Positions 10,181 through 20,715 are shown, numbered from the stretch's first letter. The stretch is 64,000 nucleotides of DNA from an uncultured Poribacteria bacterium (GCA_951813565.1 OX638351.1:3328001-3392000), one strand, 5' to 3'. The notes: generated by a model not told the origin, from the sequence alone. Numbers and translations are program-made.

Positions 10181-10738
10181 ATGATTCCAGATGATGTTTT
10201 TGTGCACAAAACAGTAGAGGGCGATATTGAGGCATTTAACGAATTGGTCAATCGCCACCATACCAAAATTTATGCGCTTGCATACCGAATGCTCGGCAAT
10301 TCCGAGGATGCTGAGGATGCTACGCAAGAGACGTTTTTAGAGGCGTATAAGTCAATTAAAACGTTTCGATTCCAGTCGCAATTTGGAACGTGGTTGTATC
10401 GTGTTGGTCTAAACACTTGCAATCAATACATCCGCAAAGCCAAATCCCGTAATAGAATGCTGGAGGCTTATACAGAAGAAACTTCGGCACATGGCATGAC
10501 AGAGGAACGGGATATACCTGATCGGATGGTAATCAAGACTGAACAGAGTGAGATCGTTCAAGCCGCTATTGACTGTCTGCCTCCGAAGCAGCGTGAGGTT
10601 GTGACGCTGTATTATATGCAACACCTTAAATATAAAGAGATCGCTGAAATTCTTAACTGCTCTCTCGGAACTGTCGCCTCACGGTTAAATAAAGCTATAC
10701 AGAATCTCAAAGCGAAGTTGGAAAAACACTATTTTTGA
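10181..10738 (+). CDS. ECF RNA polymerase sigma factor
   Basis: 'DAEDATQETFL', 'FGTWLYR', 'LPPKQREVV..YKEIAEIL..SLGTVASRL'. Confidence 0.93.
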   Translation: MIPDDVFVHKTVEGDIEAFNELVNRHHTKIYALAYRMLGNSEDAEDATQETFLEAYKSIKTFRFQSQFGTWLYRVGLNTCNQYIRKAKSRNRMLEAYTEETSAHGMTEERDIPDRMVIKTEQSEIVQAAIDCLPPKQREVVTLYYMQHLKYKEIAEILNCSLGTVASRLNKAIQNLKAKLEKHYF

Positions 10739-10795
10739 GAAGTTTAGGTTGCTACGTGAATATATTCTTACCTTATAAAAGCGAGGATTGTTAAA

Positions 10796-11476
10796 ATGAA
10801 TTGTAAACAGACTCGTGAAAATCTGGTTTTACACCGTCAAGATTCCATGTTGCAAGGGACAAAGCGGCATGAATTCTTACAACATCTACGAGGCTGCAAG
10901 GCGTGCCAAGTTGAATATGAAGGATTGTGGCATACCGCTACGGTACTGGGTAGTCTTGAAGCACCAGAACCACCTCCCGAATTACTGGGAAATATCCAAG
11001 GTCAAATCCGAGAAGTCCATAGGAGGAATCAAACCGCCTTCTTCGCGGCCCCTATCTCATGGCTTTTCGGTAAGTTTAAGTTAGAAATATCTCCGCAGTT
11101 TGTGAATTGTGTCGCGTTGCTTTGTTATCTGATCGTATCAGTCTTCTTCGTGAAGCTTGTGTTCTTTACAGATACACCAGAGCAGGATTTCGGTTTGACC
11201 GCAATGGAAGAGACACGTCTCCAACGCGTGCGAATTGCCCCATCACCTTGGGCATCACTTAAGCACGGGAGCGCGCAGGTTGAGAAAACACTTCCTACAG
11301 AAGCACCGAAAAAGACACATGTGAATCTTGCCAGTCCATTTGCTGATATTGAGTCAACAGAGTTGTGGCACACGCATCCTATTAATAAAGGCACAGAAGT
11401 CTTTGATGCTCATTTTTCAAACACAGTAAGCAAGAAACTTACCGTCATTTGGAGCGATATCAAAACAAATCTGTAA
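10796..11476 (+). CDS. Zinc-binding (ZAS) membrane anti-sigma factor
   Basis: HxxxCxxC motif 'HLRGCKAC', one transmembrane segment, directly after the ECF sigma gene. Confidence 0.8.
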   Translation: MNCKQTRENLVLHRQDSMLQGTKRHEFLQHLRGCKACQVEYEGLWHTATVLGSLEAPEPPPELLGNIQGQIREVHRRNQTAFFAAPISWLFGKFKLEISPQFVNCVALLCYLIVSVFFVKLVFFTDTPEQDFGLTAMEETRLQRVRIAPSPWASLKHGSAQVEKTLPTEAPKKTHVNLASPFADIESTELWHTHPINKGTEVFDAHFSNTVSKKLTVIWSDIKTNL

Positions 11477-11528
11477 GGAGGATGTGTATTTATTTGAAAT
11501 CTCAAATATATGAAGGTGGTTGATAAGT

Positions 11529-11559
11529 AAGAGGCGCAATTTGTTGTGCCTCTTTTTTT
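11529..11559 (+). terminator. Rho-independent terminator
   Basis: AAGAGGCGCAA-TTTG-TTGTGCCTCTT hairpin followed by a T-run, downstream of the anti-sigma gene. Confidence 0.75.
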
Positions 11560-11683
11560 ATGGGACAATAAACATTGGCATTTATACCCGTAAACCATAT
11601 CCAACTAAAAAGTTGACCTACGATTTATTTTCCTGTAAAATATTCATATATCCAGAATCATAACTGCAATATCGGATAAAAAG

Positions 11684-12760
11684 TTGACACATTTACTACT
11701 TGAAGTTTCTAATTTAAAAACAGTATTTCCTACAGATGGTGGCGTTGTAAACGCTGTAAACGATGTCAGTTTTTCTATTGAACGCGGCAAAACGGTTGGC
11801 ATTGTCGGTGAAAGCGGTTGTGGAAAAAGTATCACTGGACTTTCCCTTCTCCAACTTGTACCAAATCCAGGTAGGATCGAAGCGGGCGAGATTCTGTTCT
11901 ATCGTGATGACGTAGACGAACCTTTAGATATAGCGCAAATATCACCGCGAAGTGAGTTAATGCGTCAGATTCGTGGCAACGAAATTGCTATCATTTTCCA
12001 AGAACCGATGACATCACTTAACCCTGTCTATACCGTTGGAGAGCAAATTGCTGAGGCAATTGTGTTACACCAAGAGCATAAGCGTTCGCCTCTGGAAAGT
12101 TTCGGTTTGCAGAAGATACCAAAATGGGCACGTGAACGCGCTGTTGAGATGCTTGCACGCGTCGGTATCCCTGCCCCTGAACAACGTTTTGATGAGTATC
12201 CGCATCAACTCTCCGGCGGGATGCGTCAACGCGTGATGATTGCGATTGCACTCTGTTGTGCGCCCGCGCTTCTTATTGCAGATGAACCGACTACGGCACT
12301 TGATGTCACGATTCAAGCACAAGTGCTTGCACTCATGCAGGAGCTGCAAGCGGATATTGGAATGGCGATTATGCTGATTACGCACGACTTAGGGGTTATC
12401 GCTGACATGGCTGACGAGGTAGTTGTTATGTATGCTGGACGTGTCGTTGAAAAGGGAAGTGTTGATGACATTTTCTATAATCCCTTACATCCTTACACAC
12501 GTGGCTTGCTCAACTCTATTCCGACACTTGGTGGACATCAACAAAAAACACTGCCCTCTATTCACGGAACGGTGCCGCACCCACTGGCACTTCCTATCGG
12601 GTGTTCGTTTCAACCGCGATGTGCCGAACGAATTCAGGTTTGCGAAGAAATGCCTACACTTAGCACGATTGATGCTCCAAAAAATATTAATACCGGAAAA
12701 GAGAAACATGCTGTAAGATGCTGGCTTTGTGAGGGAAAAACCGATGTCAATACTGCTTGA
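11684..12760 (+). CDS. oppD: Oligopeptide/dipeptide ABC transporter ATPase
   Basis: GESGCGKS, '[10 protein letters not shown]', [16 protein letters not shown], 'HPYT', C-terminal Cys motif. Confidence 0.92.
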   Translation: MTHLLLEVSNLKTVFPTDGGVVNAVNDVSFSIERGKTVGIVGESGCGKSITGLSLLQLVPNPGRIEAGEILFYRDDVDEPLDIAQISPRSELMRQIRGNEIAIIFQEPMTSLNPVYTVGEQIAEAIVLHQEHKRSPLESFGLQKIPKWARERAVEMLARVGIPAPEQRFDEYPHQLSGGMRQRVMIAIALCCAPALLIADEPTTALDVTIQAQVLALMQELQADIGMAIMLITHDLGVIADMADEVVVMYAGRVVEKGSVDDIFYNPLHPYTRGLLNSIPTLGGHQQKTLPSIHGTVPHPLALPIGCSFQPRCAERIQVCEEMPTLSTIDAPKNINTGKEKHAVRCWLCEGKTDVNTA

Positions 12761-13745
12761 AGTCAAAGACTTACGAAAGTATTTTCCGATACGAAAAGGA
12801 ATTCTTCGACAGACTGTTGGACATGTGAAAGCGGTAGACGGGATTAGTTTTGATGTCCAACGCGGCGAGACCCTTGGGTTAGTAGGCGAAAGCGGTTGTG
12901 GAAAGACTACCGCAAGTCGATGTCTCCTCCGTTTAATTTCACCTACAAGTGGTAGTTTCACTTTTGGGGATGAACAAGTGGATTTAGCAAAGTTGACGTC
13001 TCAACAGGTACGTCCCTTTCGTCGGCGTATCCAGATGGTTTTCCAAGACCCACAATCATCTCTTAACCCACGGTTGACGGTGGCAGATATCGTCAGTGAG
13101 CCGCTACGCGTCAATCGCGCTATAAAAAGGAACGAACTTCAAGATAGAATTGTTGAACTGTTGGAATCTGTTGGTTTAAAATCACAAGACATGCGGCGTT
13201 ACCCACACGCCTTTAGCGGTGGACAACGCCAACGTATTGGGATTGCACGTGCATTAGCACTTAACCCCGAACTGATCGTCGCTGATGAACCAGTATCGGC
13301 ACTTGATGTCTCCGTGCAAGCCCAAATTCTCAACCTTCTGGCGGAATTGCGGAAGAAATTCCGACTTTCCTATATCTTTATCGCACATGATTTGAGCATT
13401 GTCAAGCATATCAGCGACCGTGTGGCAGTTATGTATCTCGGTAAGATCGTTGAGATTAGTGATGCTGAAACACTTTATCAATCACCGAAACACCCTTATA
13501 CAGAGGCGTTGATATCCGCAGTACCATTGCCTGATCCGAAGGAACAACGTAAGCGTGAACTAATTCGCCTTGAAGGAGATGTTCCTGATCCATCTCAACC
13601 ACCAATGGGTTGCCATTTTCATCCACGGTGCCGCTACGCAACCGATATTTGTAAACAGGAAACACCCGAACTTCGAGAGATTACACAGGGCGTAAAAGTT
13701 GCGTGTCATCTGAGTGAAACGTTGGAATTACAAGGAGTGTCGTGA
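12729..13745 (+). CDS. oppF: Oligopeptide/dipeptide ABC transporter ATPase
   Basis: [30 protein letters not shown], 'HPYT', 'GCHFHPRC'. Confidence 0.92.
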   Translation: MREKPMSILLEVKDLRKYFPIRKGILRQTVGHVKAVDGISFDVQRGETLGLVGESGCGKTTASRCLLRLISPTSGSFTFGDEQVDLAKLTSQQVRPFRRRIQMVFQDPQSSLNPRLTVADIVSEPLRVNRAIKRNELQDRIVELLESVGLKSQDMRRYPHAFSGGQRQRIGIARALALNPELIVADEPVSALDVSVQAQILNLLAELRKKFRLSYIFIAHDLSIVKHISDRVAVMYLGKIVEISDAETLYQSPKHPYTEALISAVPLPDPKEQRKRELIRLEGDVPDPSQPPMGCHFHPRCRYATDICKQETPELREITQGVKVACHLSETLELQGVS

Positions 13746-14692
13746 TGCCAAAATCAAATCAGATAACATCTGAACAACTTGCATCCTTTCGAAAGCAGCT
13801 TGAACGCCGATGGATAAACCGAAAAGTTGATGAGGCGTTATTAGAACGTGCGTGGCAGGTCGCATACAAGATCGCAACACTTCTTTATGAAGAATTCGAT
13901 GCGACACAGGTTGCTGTTTTCGGGTCACTTGCGGAACCGATCAGTTTCACAAAGTCATCGGATATTGATATTGCAGTGTGGGGTCTCTCTGATAAGACAC
14001 ATTCAGCTGCATACTGGAAAGTTAAAAGCATTGATACGGGATTCAAAATAGACCTGATTAATTTTGATACAACCAAAGGGCTTTTCCAAGAAAGAATCCA
14101 GCAGCAAGCGATTCTTGTGAAAAAAGGAGAACAACCCACATTATGGAAAACACTTTATGAGCATCTACAACGTCAAGTTTTCCCTGTCGTGGAGGAAGAA
14201 ATATACGAGATGAACCGAAAAAAACTCACCCAACGTATCAACGATGAACTTGTAAAGATAGAGGATACGCTTGCAAGAATCCAGAGAGGGTTGGAAAAAA
14301 TTAAAGTTGTTCCCTCTGATGTCACAGAATTTGTTGAAAATACGATTGCGACAGACCTTGCCGATATCTATAGTGGGATTGAACGGATTTTTGAGCGAAT
14401 TGCCAACGAAGTTGATGGACAATTACCGAGAGGGAGTAGATGGCATAAAAACCTACTTGAGCAAATGACAAAACAACGCGCTGAGAGACCGCCTGTTATT
14501 TCTGACGATACATTTCTCAAATTAGGAGAACTTTTAGCGTTTCGCCACAAAGTAACCAACATCTACGGGCGAGAATTGAAATATGACAATACATTGGGGC
14601 ATGCAGAGACAATCCATGAATTGTTTGCGGCAGTTTCACAGGATTTCAATACCTTCACTGATTCTCTTGCGCAGCATCAGGAGGATGTCTGA
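13742..14692 (+). CDS. Fused MNT nucleotidyltransferase + HEPN (HepT-like) protein, copy 1
   Basis: N-half 'VFGSLAEP...SDIDIAV...KIDLI'; C-half '[12 protein letters not shown]', 'WHKNLL', 'FRHKVTNIY'. Confidence 0.8.
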   Translation: MMPKSNQITSEQLASFRKQLERRWINRKVDEALLERAWQVAYKIATLLYEEFDATQVAVFGSLAEPISFTKSSDIDIAVWGLSDKTHSAAYWKVKSIDTGFKIDLINFDTTKGLFQERIQQQAILVKKGEQPTLWKTLYEHLQRQVFPVVEEEIYEMNRKKLTQRINDELVKIEDTLARIQRGLEKIKVVPSDVTEFVENTIATDLADIYSGIERIFERIANEVDGQLPRGSRWHKNLLEQMTKQRAERPPVISDDTFLKLGELLAFRHKVTNIYGRELKYDNTLGHAETIHELFAAVSQDFNTFTDSLAQHQEDV

Positions 14693-14693
14693 A

Positions 14694-15662
14694 ATGCAAC
14701 AGGCTACAAACACAAAGCAAACAGCTAAAGAGATGTCATCAGAACAACTTGCATCCTGCCGAAAGCAGCTTGAACGCCGATGGAAAAACCGAAAAGTTGA
14801 TGAGGCGTTATTAGAACGTGCGTGGCAGGTCGCATACGAGATCGCAACACTTCTTTATGAAGAATTCGATGCGACACAGGTTGCTGTTTTTGGATCGCTT
14901 GCGGAACCGATCAGTTTCACAAAGTCATCGGATATTGATATTGCAGTGTGGGGGCTCTCTGATAAGACACATTCAGCTGCATACTGGAAAGTTAAAGGCA
15001 TTGATACGGGATTCAAAATAGACCTGATTAATTTTGATACAACCAAAGGGCTTTTCCAAGAAAGAATCCAGCAGCAAGCGATTCCTATTAAAAAAGGGGA
15101 GCAGCCTACATTATGGAAAACACTTTATGAACACTTACAACGTCAAGTTTTTCCTGTCGTGGAGGAAGAAATATACGAGATGAACCGAAAAAAACTCACC
15201 CAACGTATCAACGATGAATGCACAAAAATTGAATCTACTGTTGATGCAATTGTCAAAGCTTTAGAAGACATTGAAGTACTACCTGCTGCAGCAAGAGAAT
15301 ATATAGAGGAATCAATTGCCAACAAACTTGCCGATGTTTATCGGGGTATAGAGCGAATTTTTGAGCGAATTGCCAACGAAGTTGACACGCATCTGTCGCG
15401 TGGAAGTCGGTGGCATAAAAACCTACTTGAACAGATGACAAAACAACGCCCTGAAAGACCAACTGTGATTTCGCAGGAGACTTTTTTGCTTTTAGAAGCG
15501 CTCTTAGAATTTCGACATAAAGTTAACAACATCTATGCAGATGAACTAATTTATAAAAATACGGAGGAGCATGCAAAGGGTATCAAAGAACTGTTTCAGA
15601 GTTTCTCCGATGATCTCAATATGTTTACCGATTTTCTTGCACAGCATCAGGATGAATCTTGA
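14694..15662 (+). CDS. Fused MNT nucleotidyltransferase + HEPN (HepT-like) protein, copy 2
   Basis: MNT half nearly identical to copy 1; HEPN half diverged ('FRHKVNNIY'). RBS GGAGGA upstream. Confidence 0.8.
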   Translation: MQQATNTKQTAKEMSSEQLASCRKQLERRWKNRKVDEALLERAWQVAYEIATLLYEEFDATQVAVFGSLAEPISFTKSSDIDIAVWGLSDKTHSAAYWKVKGIDTGFKIDLINFDTTKGLFQERIQQQAIPIKKGEQPTLWKTLYEHLQRQVFPVVEEEIYEMNRKKLTQRINDECTKIESTVDAIVKALEDIEVLPAAAREYIEESIANKLADVYRGIERIFERIANEVDTHLSRGSRWHKNLLEQMTKQRPERPTVISQETFLLLEALLEFRHKVNNIYADELIYKNTEEHAKGIKELFQSFSDDLNMFTDFLAQHQDES

Positions 15663-15677
15663 AAGGAATAAAACTAC

Positions 15678-16505
15678 ATGCCAACACACACAGACCCCGG
15701 TTTCTTTGCTACAGACGTTTCATTTGAAAATAGTGCTGCAATCGTAACAGGTTCCAGTCGCGGTATTGGACGCGCAATCGCTATTGAATTAGCACGACAA
15801 GGTGCTGATGTGCTTATTAACTACAATCAAAATCGCGATGCAGCCGAAGCAGTACAGCGTGAAGTAGAGGCACTCGGTAGAAAAGCAGTCATTATTCAAG
15901 CAGATATCAGCGACTTAGATGCACACGCTAAACTCCTTGAAACCGCACACGATGCCTTTGGGAAGGTGAACATCCTTATTAACAATGCAGGGATAACCCG
16001 TATTGCTGATGTTCTTGAAGAAACGCCAGAACAGTTCGATCTACTGCTAAATACGAACCTGAAGGCACCGCATTTTCTTACACAACGCGTTGCAAATTAC
16101 ATGGTAGAGAATGAGATTCTCGGATGTATTATCTATACCCTTTCCATTTCGGATACGATGGCATCTGACAACCGGACTGCCTACTGCATCTCAAAAGCAG
16201 GATTAGAGATGAGCATGCGGGCTTATGCGGGGAGGTTGGCGATGCACGGCATTAAGGTAAACGGTATCGCTGCAGGTGTCATTGATACTGACCTGTCACG
16301 TGTCCGTATTCCGGATTACGAAGAGGCAGCTGAGAAAGGATATATTTTTATGGTGCGTCCCGGTACACCGGAAGATGTAGCACATGCGACCGTCGCTGCG
16401 ATGCGGCTTTACGATACAGGGGTTGTCCTGCCTGCGTCTGGTGGTGTGATGACGCCGCTGCTTAATCTCAGAACCATGGCGGAATTAGATATGAACAAAT
16501 CCTAA
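15678..16505 (+). CDS. SDR-family oxidoreductase
   Basis: TGSSRGIG, NNAG, YxxxK motif 'YCISK'. Confidence 0.9.
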   Translation: MPTHTDPGFFATDVSFENSAAIVTGSSRGIGRAIAIELARQGADVLINYNQNRDAAEAVQREVEALGRKAVIIQADISDLDAHAKLLETAHDAFGKVNILINNAGITRIADVLEETPEQFDLLLNTNLKAPHFLTQRVANYMVENEILGCIIYTLSISDTMASDNRTAYCISKAGLEMSMRAYAGRLAMHGIKVNGIAAGVIDTDLSRVRIPDYEEAAEKGYIFMVRPGTPEDVAHATVAAMRLYDTGVVLPASGGVMTPLLNLRTMAELDMNKS

Positions 16506-16531
16506 ACTGCGCCGAATCTGGTATATCTCCG

Positions 16532-17455
16532 TTATTTCCAAATCCCAATGTCTCGTAATATCAACTTCTTGATTTTACATACCATCGTATATGCTGGATC
16601 AAACACGTTTCCCATATCGTATTCAACGGTTTGCCCTAACAAGATGTGCGCAGCACGTTTCTCCAAACCGAGTTCTCCTAACCATCGGAGCAGTTCGGTA
16701 GTAGCGTGCTGCACTGCTTGATCCAAGGGACGCGCATTGCCTGCTGTGAGGATATATTCCGCGTTTTCAGCACGCGGCCAATTAATAGACTTTTCCTTGA
16801 TTACTTCAACTGTGAACTGAACATCAAAAGAGATTTCAATCCCGGTACCGACAATTTCTCCGTCACCTTGTACTGCATGACCATCGCCGAGGTGAAAGAG
16901 CGCACCCGGAACAAAGACGGGAAGATAGACAGTAACACCCTCTTTAAACCCACGATAGTCCATATTTCCGCCGTGTGTAGAGGAGGTCGCCGTAGAAATG
17001 GCTTGTCCGCGCGGTGGTGCAACACCAAAACATCCCACCATCGGCTCAAGCGGCAGTGTAAGTCTACCTAACTGTGTTTCTGGCGACATTAAAGTTGCTG
17101 TCCATGCTTCAATATCAACGTGCCATTCAGCACGATCCCCTTCAGGCATTTCGGATGCAACATAATATGGATCAAGCACATTCGGCACAACAACCGTAGC
17201 AGTTCTCCCAATTTTACGATTCGGTAGCAGTTTATCGAAATGCACTGCAAGCGTATCTCCCAGTTGCGCGGTTTGAATATAAAACGGACCTGTTTGTGGA
17301 TTACCACCCGGTGTTACCTGTGTATCGGTAGCATCATAACCCGCGTTATCTACGGTTGTAGTAAAAACAGTATCACCACTATTGATATGAAGCACTGGCT
17401 CATGTGTACCTATTGCTGTGTGGTATACAGTCGGTTTAAAATGATGTATTGCCAT
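16532..17455 (-). CDS. Acetamidase/formamidase family protein
   Basis: 'NPQTGPFYI', 'HGGNMD', 'GDGHAVQGDGEIVGTGIE'. Confidence 0.9.
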   Translation of the reverse strand: MAIHHFKPTVYHTAIGTHEPVLHINSGDTVFTTTVDNAGYDATDTQVTPGGNPQTGPFYIQTAQLGDTLAVHFDKLLPNRKIGRTATVVVPNVLDPYYVASEMPEGDRAEWHVDIEAWTATLMSPETQLGRLTLPLEPMVGCFGVAPPRGQAISTATSSTHGGNMDYRGFKEGVTVYLPVFVPGALFHLGDGHAVQGDGEIVGTGIEISFDVQFTVEVIKEKSINWPRAENAEYILTAGNARPLDQAVQHATTELLRWLGELGLEKRAAHILLGQTVEYDMGNVFDPAYTMVCKIKKLILRDIGIWK

Positions 17456-17566
17456 AGTATATCCTTTCTATCGTCTGAAGTGCCTTGTAAGTTTGATGTC
17501 CAATTCTGTGTCTATACCATAATATACCATATCAGCAGTGTTGCGTCTACAAGGGATGTATTGCAG

Positions 17567-18041
17567 CAGGGTTATTTAGTTTTAGGGTTTTTGCACATTT
17601 TCGTCAAAAAGTCGCGAGCTGGAGCTCGCTCCTACAGTAAGAGGGGCATTCAAGAATAACCGAAAATATGGAGAACTAAATGAGGGGTGTGCATAAATAT
17701 TTGGCGCATCAACACAGACAGGGACAGACGCCAGGTGCCGCTTGATTTATAGAAATGCGTTTGTAGTCGCGCAATTCATTGCCAAATCAACACAGCATGC
17801 GCCAAATCAAGAAATCAACGGTATGAATCATGGCGAATCATGTAGAATACCAAAAGCGTATTCTACCAAGCGCATTCGTCTTTAGTCATTCACCGGGTCC
17901 GAATGCCTTATGGCATTCCCCGTGTGGCATGCTGCGCCTCTTTGAACTTGCGGACGGAAACCCACGCCGTGTGCCGTCCACCTTTAAGCGCATATTTAAC
18001 ATCGGAATTATTTATGCACACCCCTCAACTAAATAACCCTG
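17567..18041. mobile_element. MITE family A (CAGGGTTATTTAGTT termini) containing a REP and a nested family B MITE
   Basis: TIR CAGGGTTATTTAGTT / AACTAAATAACCCTG; flanks GTATTGCAG / GTGTTGCAA (degenerate 9-bp TSD). The same element occurs inverted at 56470-56690. Confidence 0.8.
17682..18026. mobile_element. MITE family B, 345 bp, copy 1
   Basis: TIR GAGGGGTGTGCATAAATA / TATTTATGCACACCCCTC; perfect 8-bp TSD AACTAAAT; near-identical copy at 48877-49221. Confidence 0.9.
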
Positions 18042-18145
18042 GTGTTGCAATTGGAAAGAACGATTAACATCGCGGCATTTAGCAAGGAGATCACCCTATG
18101 ATAATAAATAAAACGCACCTTTGAAGTGGCAAAATTCTAAAAGAA

Positions 18146-18175
18146 TTGACACTTCTTGGACTAAAATGTTAGAAT
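18146..18175 (+). promoter_or_regulatory. Sigma70-type promoter of the protease gene
   Basis: TTGACA-18 nt-TAGAAT with an extended -10 TG, upstream of RBS AAGGAG. Confidence 0.55.
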
Positions 18176-18230
18176 TTCAGAATAAATCTACAAACGAATC
18201 TATTTCATTGTATAAACAAAAAGGAGTATC

Positions 18231-19646
18231 ATGAAACAAATTTTTCAAAAAACATCCATCCTTTTACTGCTTTTCACATTTATTACAGCAAACGCCAACG
18301 CAGCGCACAACTGGACAGAACAGATTGCCAGTTTTAAACCGATGGTAGTGAATGTCGAAACTGCTTCTGAGGTTGTCTTCGAAACGGAATCAAAAGGCAC
18401 AAGCTTCGCTACCGGTTTCGTAGTTGATGCAGAACGTGGGATTATCGCCACGAACCGACATGTTACAGGCAGCAGTCCTGCCTATGTTAAAATCAACTTT
18501 CATGATGGTAGCTTTACAGAAGCAAATATTCTTTACTATGACCCAACGCACGACTTCGGATTTTATAAGATTGATCCTGCTGAAGTTGATTTTGAACTGC
18601 AAGCCGTTGAACTTGGTGAATGGGATAAACTCGCGCTCGGCGATGAACTACTGCTGATTGGCAACAACGAAAAAGAGGAATATTCTATCAAATTTGGTAC
18701 GATTGCGAACCTCAATGTCAACAAAGGTGATAGACATTCAAGTTACATCCATACCACGTTCGACAGAACAGGCGGGTCAAGTGGTAGTCCTGTATGGAAC
18801 ACCGCGGGCGAGGTTATTGCTATCCATGCACGCGGAACAGACACCTCCAGTTTTGAATTACCCATTGATTACCTTATTGATGCGCTGGAATTAATTCAGA
18901 ACGAGATGCCTATTCAACGTGGCGAAATCGGTGTTGATCTTGAACTTATCTCCATTGGAGAAGCCATAAAACATTTTAATTTTCCAGAGGTTTTACGCAA
19001 AGAGATTGGTCCTTCCAAAGCTGGCACACCGAAAGTTATTCAGGTAGAATCTATGGTGCCGCGGACAACAGGTGAAACCATCCTCCGAGCATCCGATATT
19101 ATCTATCGCATTAACGATGAACTTATCCGAGATGATTTATACACCTTTGATGCTATTCTGAATCAGAACGTCGGTAAAGAAGTCACTTTGGACATCTACC
19201 GTAATGGAGAAAACCTCAGTCTTCAGGTGCCCGTAGAGAATTTAGAGAAAAAGAAAGTTCAGAGATTCGTTCGATTCGGTGGTGCTGTTTTTCACGACAT
19301 AACGCCGCAGCTGCGTCGGTTGCTCTACTTGGAAGCTAACGGTGTCTATATGCCCCATGCCGCTGCGGGTAGTAGTTTTTCACGTGTCGGTGTACAAGAG
19401 CGGAACGGTAATTCTAAGGTGGTTATTCTTGATGTAAATGGAAAGCAGATTCGGAATCTGGACGATTTCATTGAGGCATGCAAAACCATTACCGATGGAC
19501 AACACACTTATGTTGTTGTCCGAGATTTCAATCTGTTTGACAGCTCCCCAACCCCGAAAAGTTTAACGGTCAACCTTAAATTCGGTCCATTGCAACAATT
19601 TAAATGGGATTCTGAGAAGTTAGATTGGGAAGAAGTAGTTGAGTAA
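18231..19646 (+). CDS. Secreted trypsin-like serine protease with PDZ domains (HtrA superfamily, Nma111/DEG7-like)
   Basis: Signal peptide; 'ATGFVVDAERGIIATNRHV', 'YYDPTHDFGF', 'GGSSGSPV'; two PDZ-like regions. Confidence 0.85.
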   Translation: MKQIFQKTSILLLLFTFITANANAAHNWTEQIASFKPMVVNVETASEVVFETESKGTSFATGFVVDAERGIIATNRHVTGSSPAYVKINFHDGSFTEANILYYDPTHDFGFYKIDPAEVDFELQAVELGEWDKLALGDELLLIGNNEKEEYSIKFGTIANLNVNKGDRHSSYIHTTFDRTGGSSGSPVWNTAGEVIAIHARGTDTSSFELPIDYLIDALELIQNEMPIQRGEIGVDLELISIGEAIKHFNFPEVLRKEIGPSKAGTPKVIQVESMVPRTTGETILRASDIIYRINDELIRDDLYTFDAILNQNVGKEVTLDIYRNGENLSLQVPVENLEKKKVQRFVRFGGAVFHDITPQLRRLLYLEANGVYMPHAAAGSSFSRVGVQERNGNSKVVILDVNGKQIRNLDDFIEACKTITDGQHTYVVVRDFNLFDSSPTPKSLTVNLKFGPLQQFKWDSEKLDWEEVVE

Positions 19647-20203
19647 TACCAAATTAACGGGATTTATCGCATTTTCCGGACGGTAGGTGCGGTTTCCTAA
19701 ACGCTCCATAACTGTCAATTTAAGAAAAAAAGCGTAGTCGCGCAATTCATTGCCAAATCAACGCCAAGCGCACTTGGGCGAATACGCCAAATCAACGGTC
19801 CGAATCATGGCGAATGCCGGACGGGGAATGCCAAAGGGCATTCATACCCGGTGAATGACTAAAGACGAATGCGCTTTTGGCATTCGCCATGATTCATACC
19901 GTTGATTTCTTGATTTGGCGCATTCGTCTTTAGGCACTCCCCGTGTGGTATTCGCCATGACTTGTCGCCTCGGACATTCTGTAGGAGCGAGCTCCAGCTC
20001 GCGACCGGGAGGTCGCTCCTACAGAAGAAAATCGGGGTTGAAAACCCGCCAAATGCCAAAAAGCGCATTTGGCGTTGATTTGGCAGCATGCCAAACGCGC
20101 ATGCTGCGTTGATTCGCTCCCACAAGAGGGTATATCCTTAAATTGACGCATAAGGCGCGTTTTCCTAACTGCTCCATAAATATGAATCAAGTTAATGTGG
20201 TAT
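19646..20203. repeat. Composite nested palindromic element: MITE-like ends, GTAG REPs and micro-hairpin units
   Basis: Outer IR ATACCAAATTAAC / GTTAATGTGGTAT; inner IR GTCAATTTAAG (19714) / CTTAAATTGAC (20137); REP GTAGGAGCGAGCTCCAGCTCGCGA at 19981; many modules shared with MITE B. Confidence 0.75.
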
Positions 20204-20563
20204 AAGAAAACGCGCTAAAATAAAAGTAAACGAACCTTTTATTTTTAGCTATGTCTAATTGAAAATGAGGGCAATTGATTTTCGCCCAGATTTAGGTCAC
20301 CGCTTCCTTCAAGAGGAATTCAAGGTCATCCGATATTGAATGCCTTTTAAGAGTTAGATTCTTCTTTCTCATTTTAGTAAAATTCAGTATACTCTTACCA
20401 TTGATTGCGAGCGTGGTCAAGAGTTTCTTCACTTACAGAATCCCAATGGGTAGATTCTATTATCCGATGCTGACCCTGCGCGTTGTGGACTCGGATTCCG
20501 TCTTGATCCAGGCGATGGCTCGGGTTACGCGTTTCTTATTCATCATTTTTTGAATAAAAAACT

Positions 20564-20591
20564 TTGACATCACCAAATAATATTGTATAAT
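20564..20591 (+). promoter_or_regulatory. Consensus sigma70 promoter
   Basis: TTGACA-16 nt-TATAAT upstream of RBS AGGAGG (20701) and ATG 20716. Confidence 0.7.
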
Positions 20592-20715
20592 GTATACAAT
20601 TTGCTGGATCAGTAAAGATTGGTATGGTAGAATGGGTGCAGTTTATTCAAGCTTATGTAACTTAACGCGAAACTCACGTAAAAGTGAGATTCATTTTTAT
20701 AGGAGGTTGAACGGC

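Noticed and set aside
17830..18036. Near-identical 68-69 aa ORFs at 17830 and 49025
   Set aside because: They lie inside MITE B and are explained by the repeat; there is no RBS or protein motif.
19730..20125. Possible CRISPR array (recurring short palindromic motifs)
   Set aside because: There is no constant repeat with unique, regularly sized spacers. Modules are nested and inverted, and no cas genes are present in the window.
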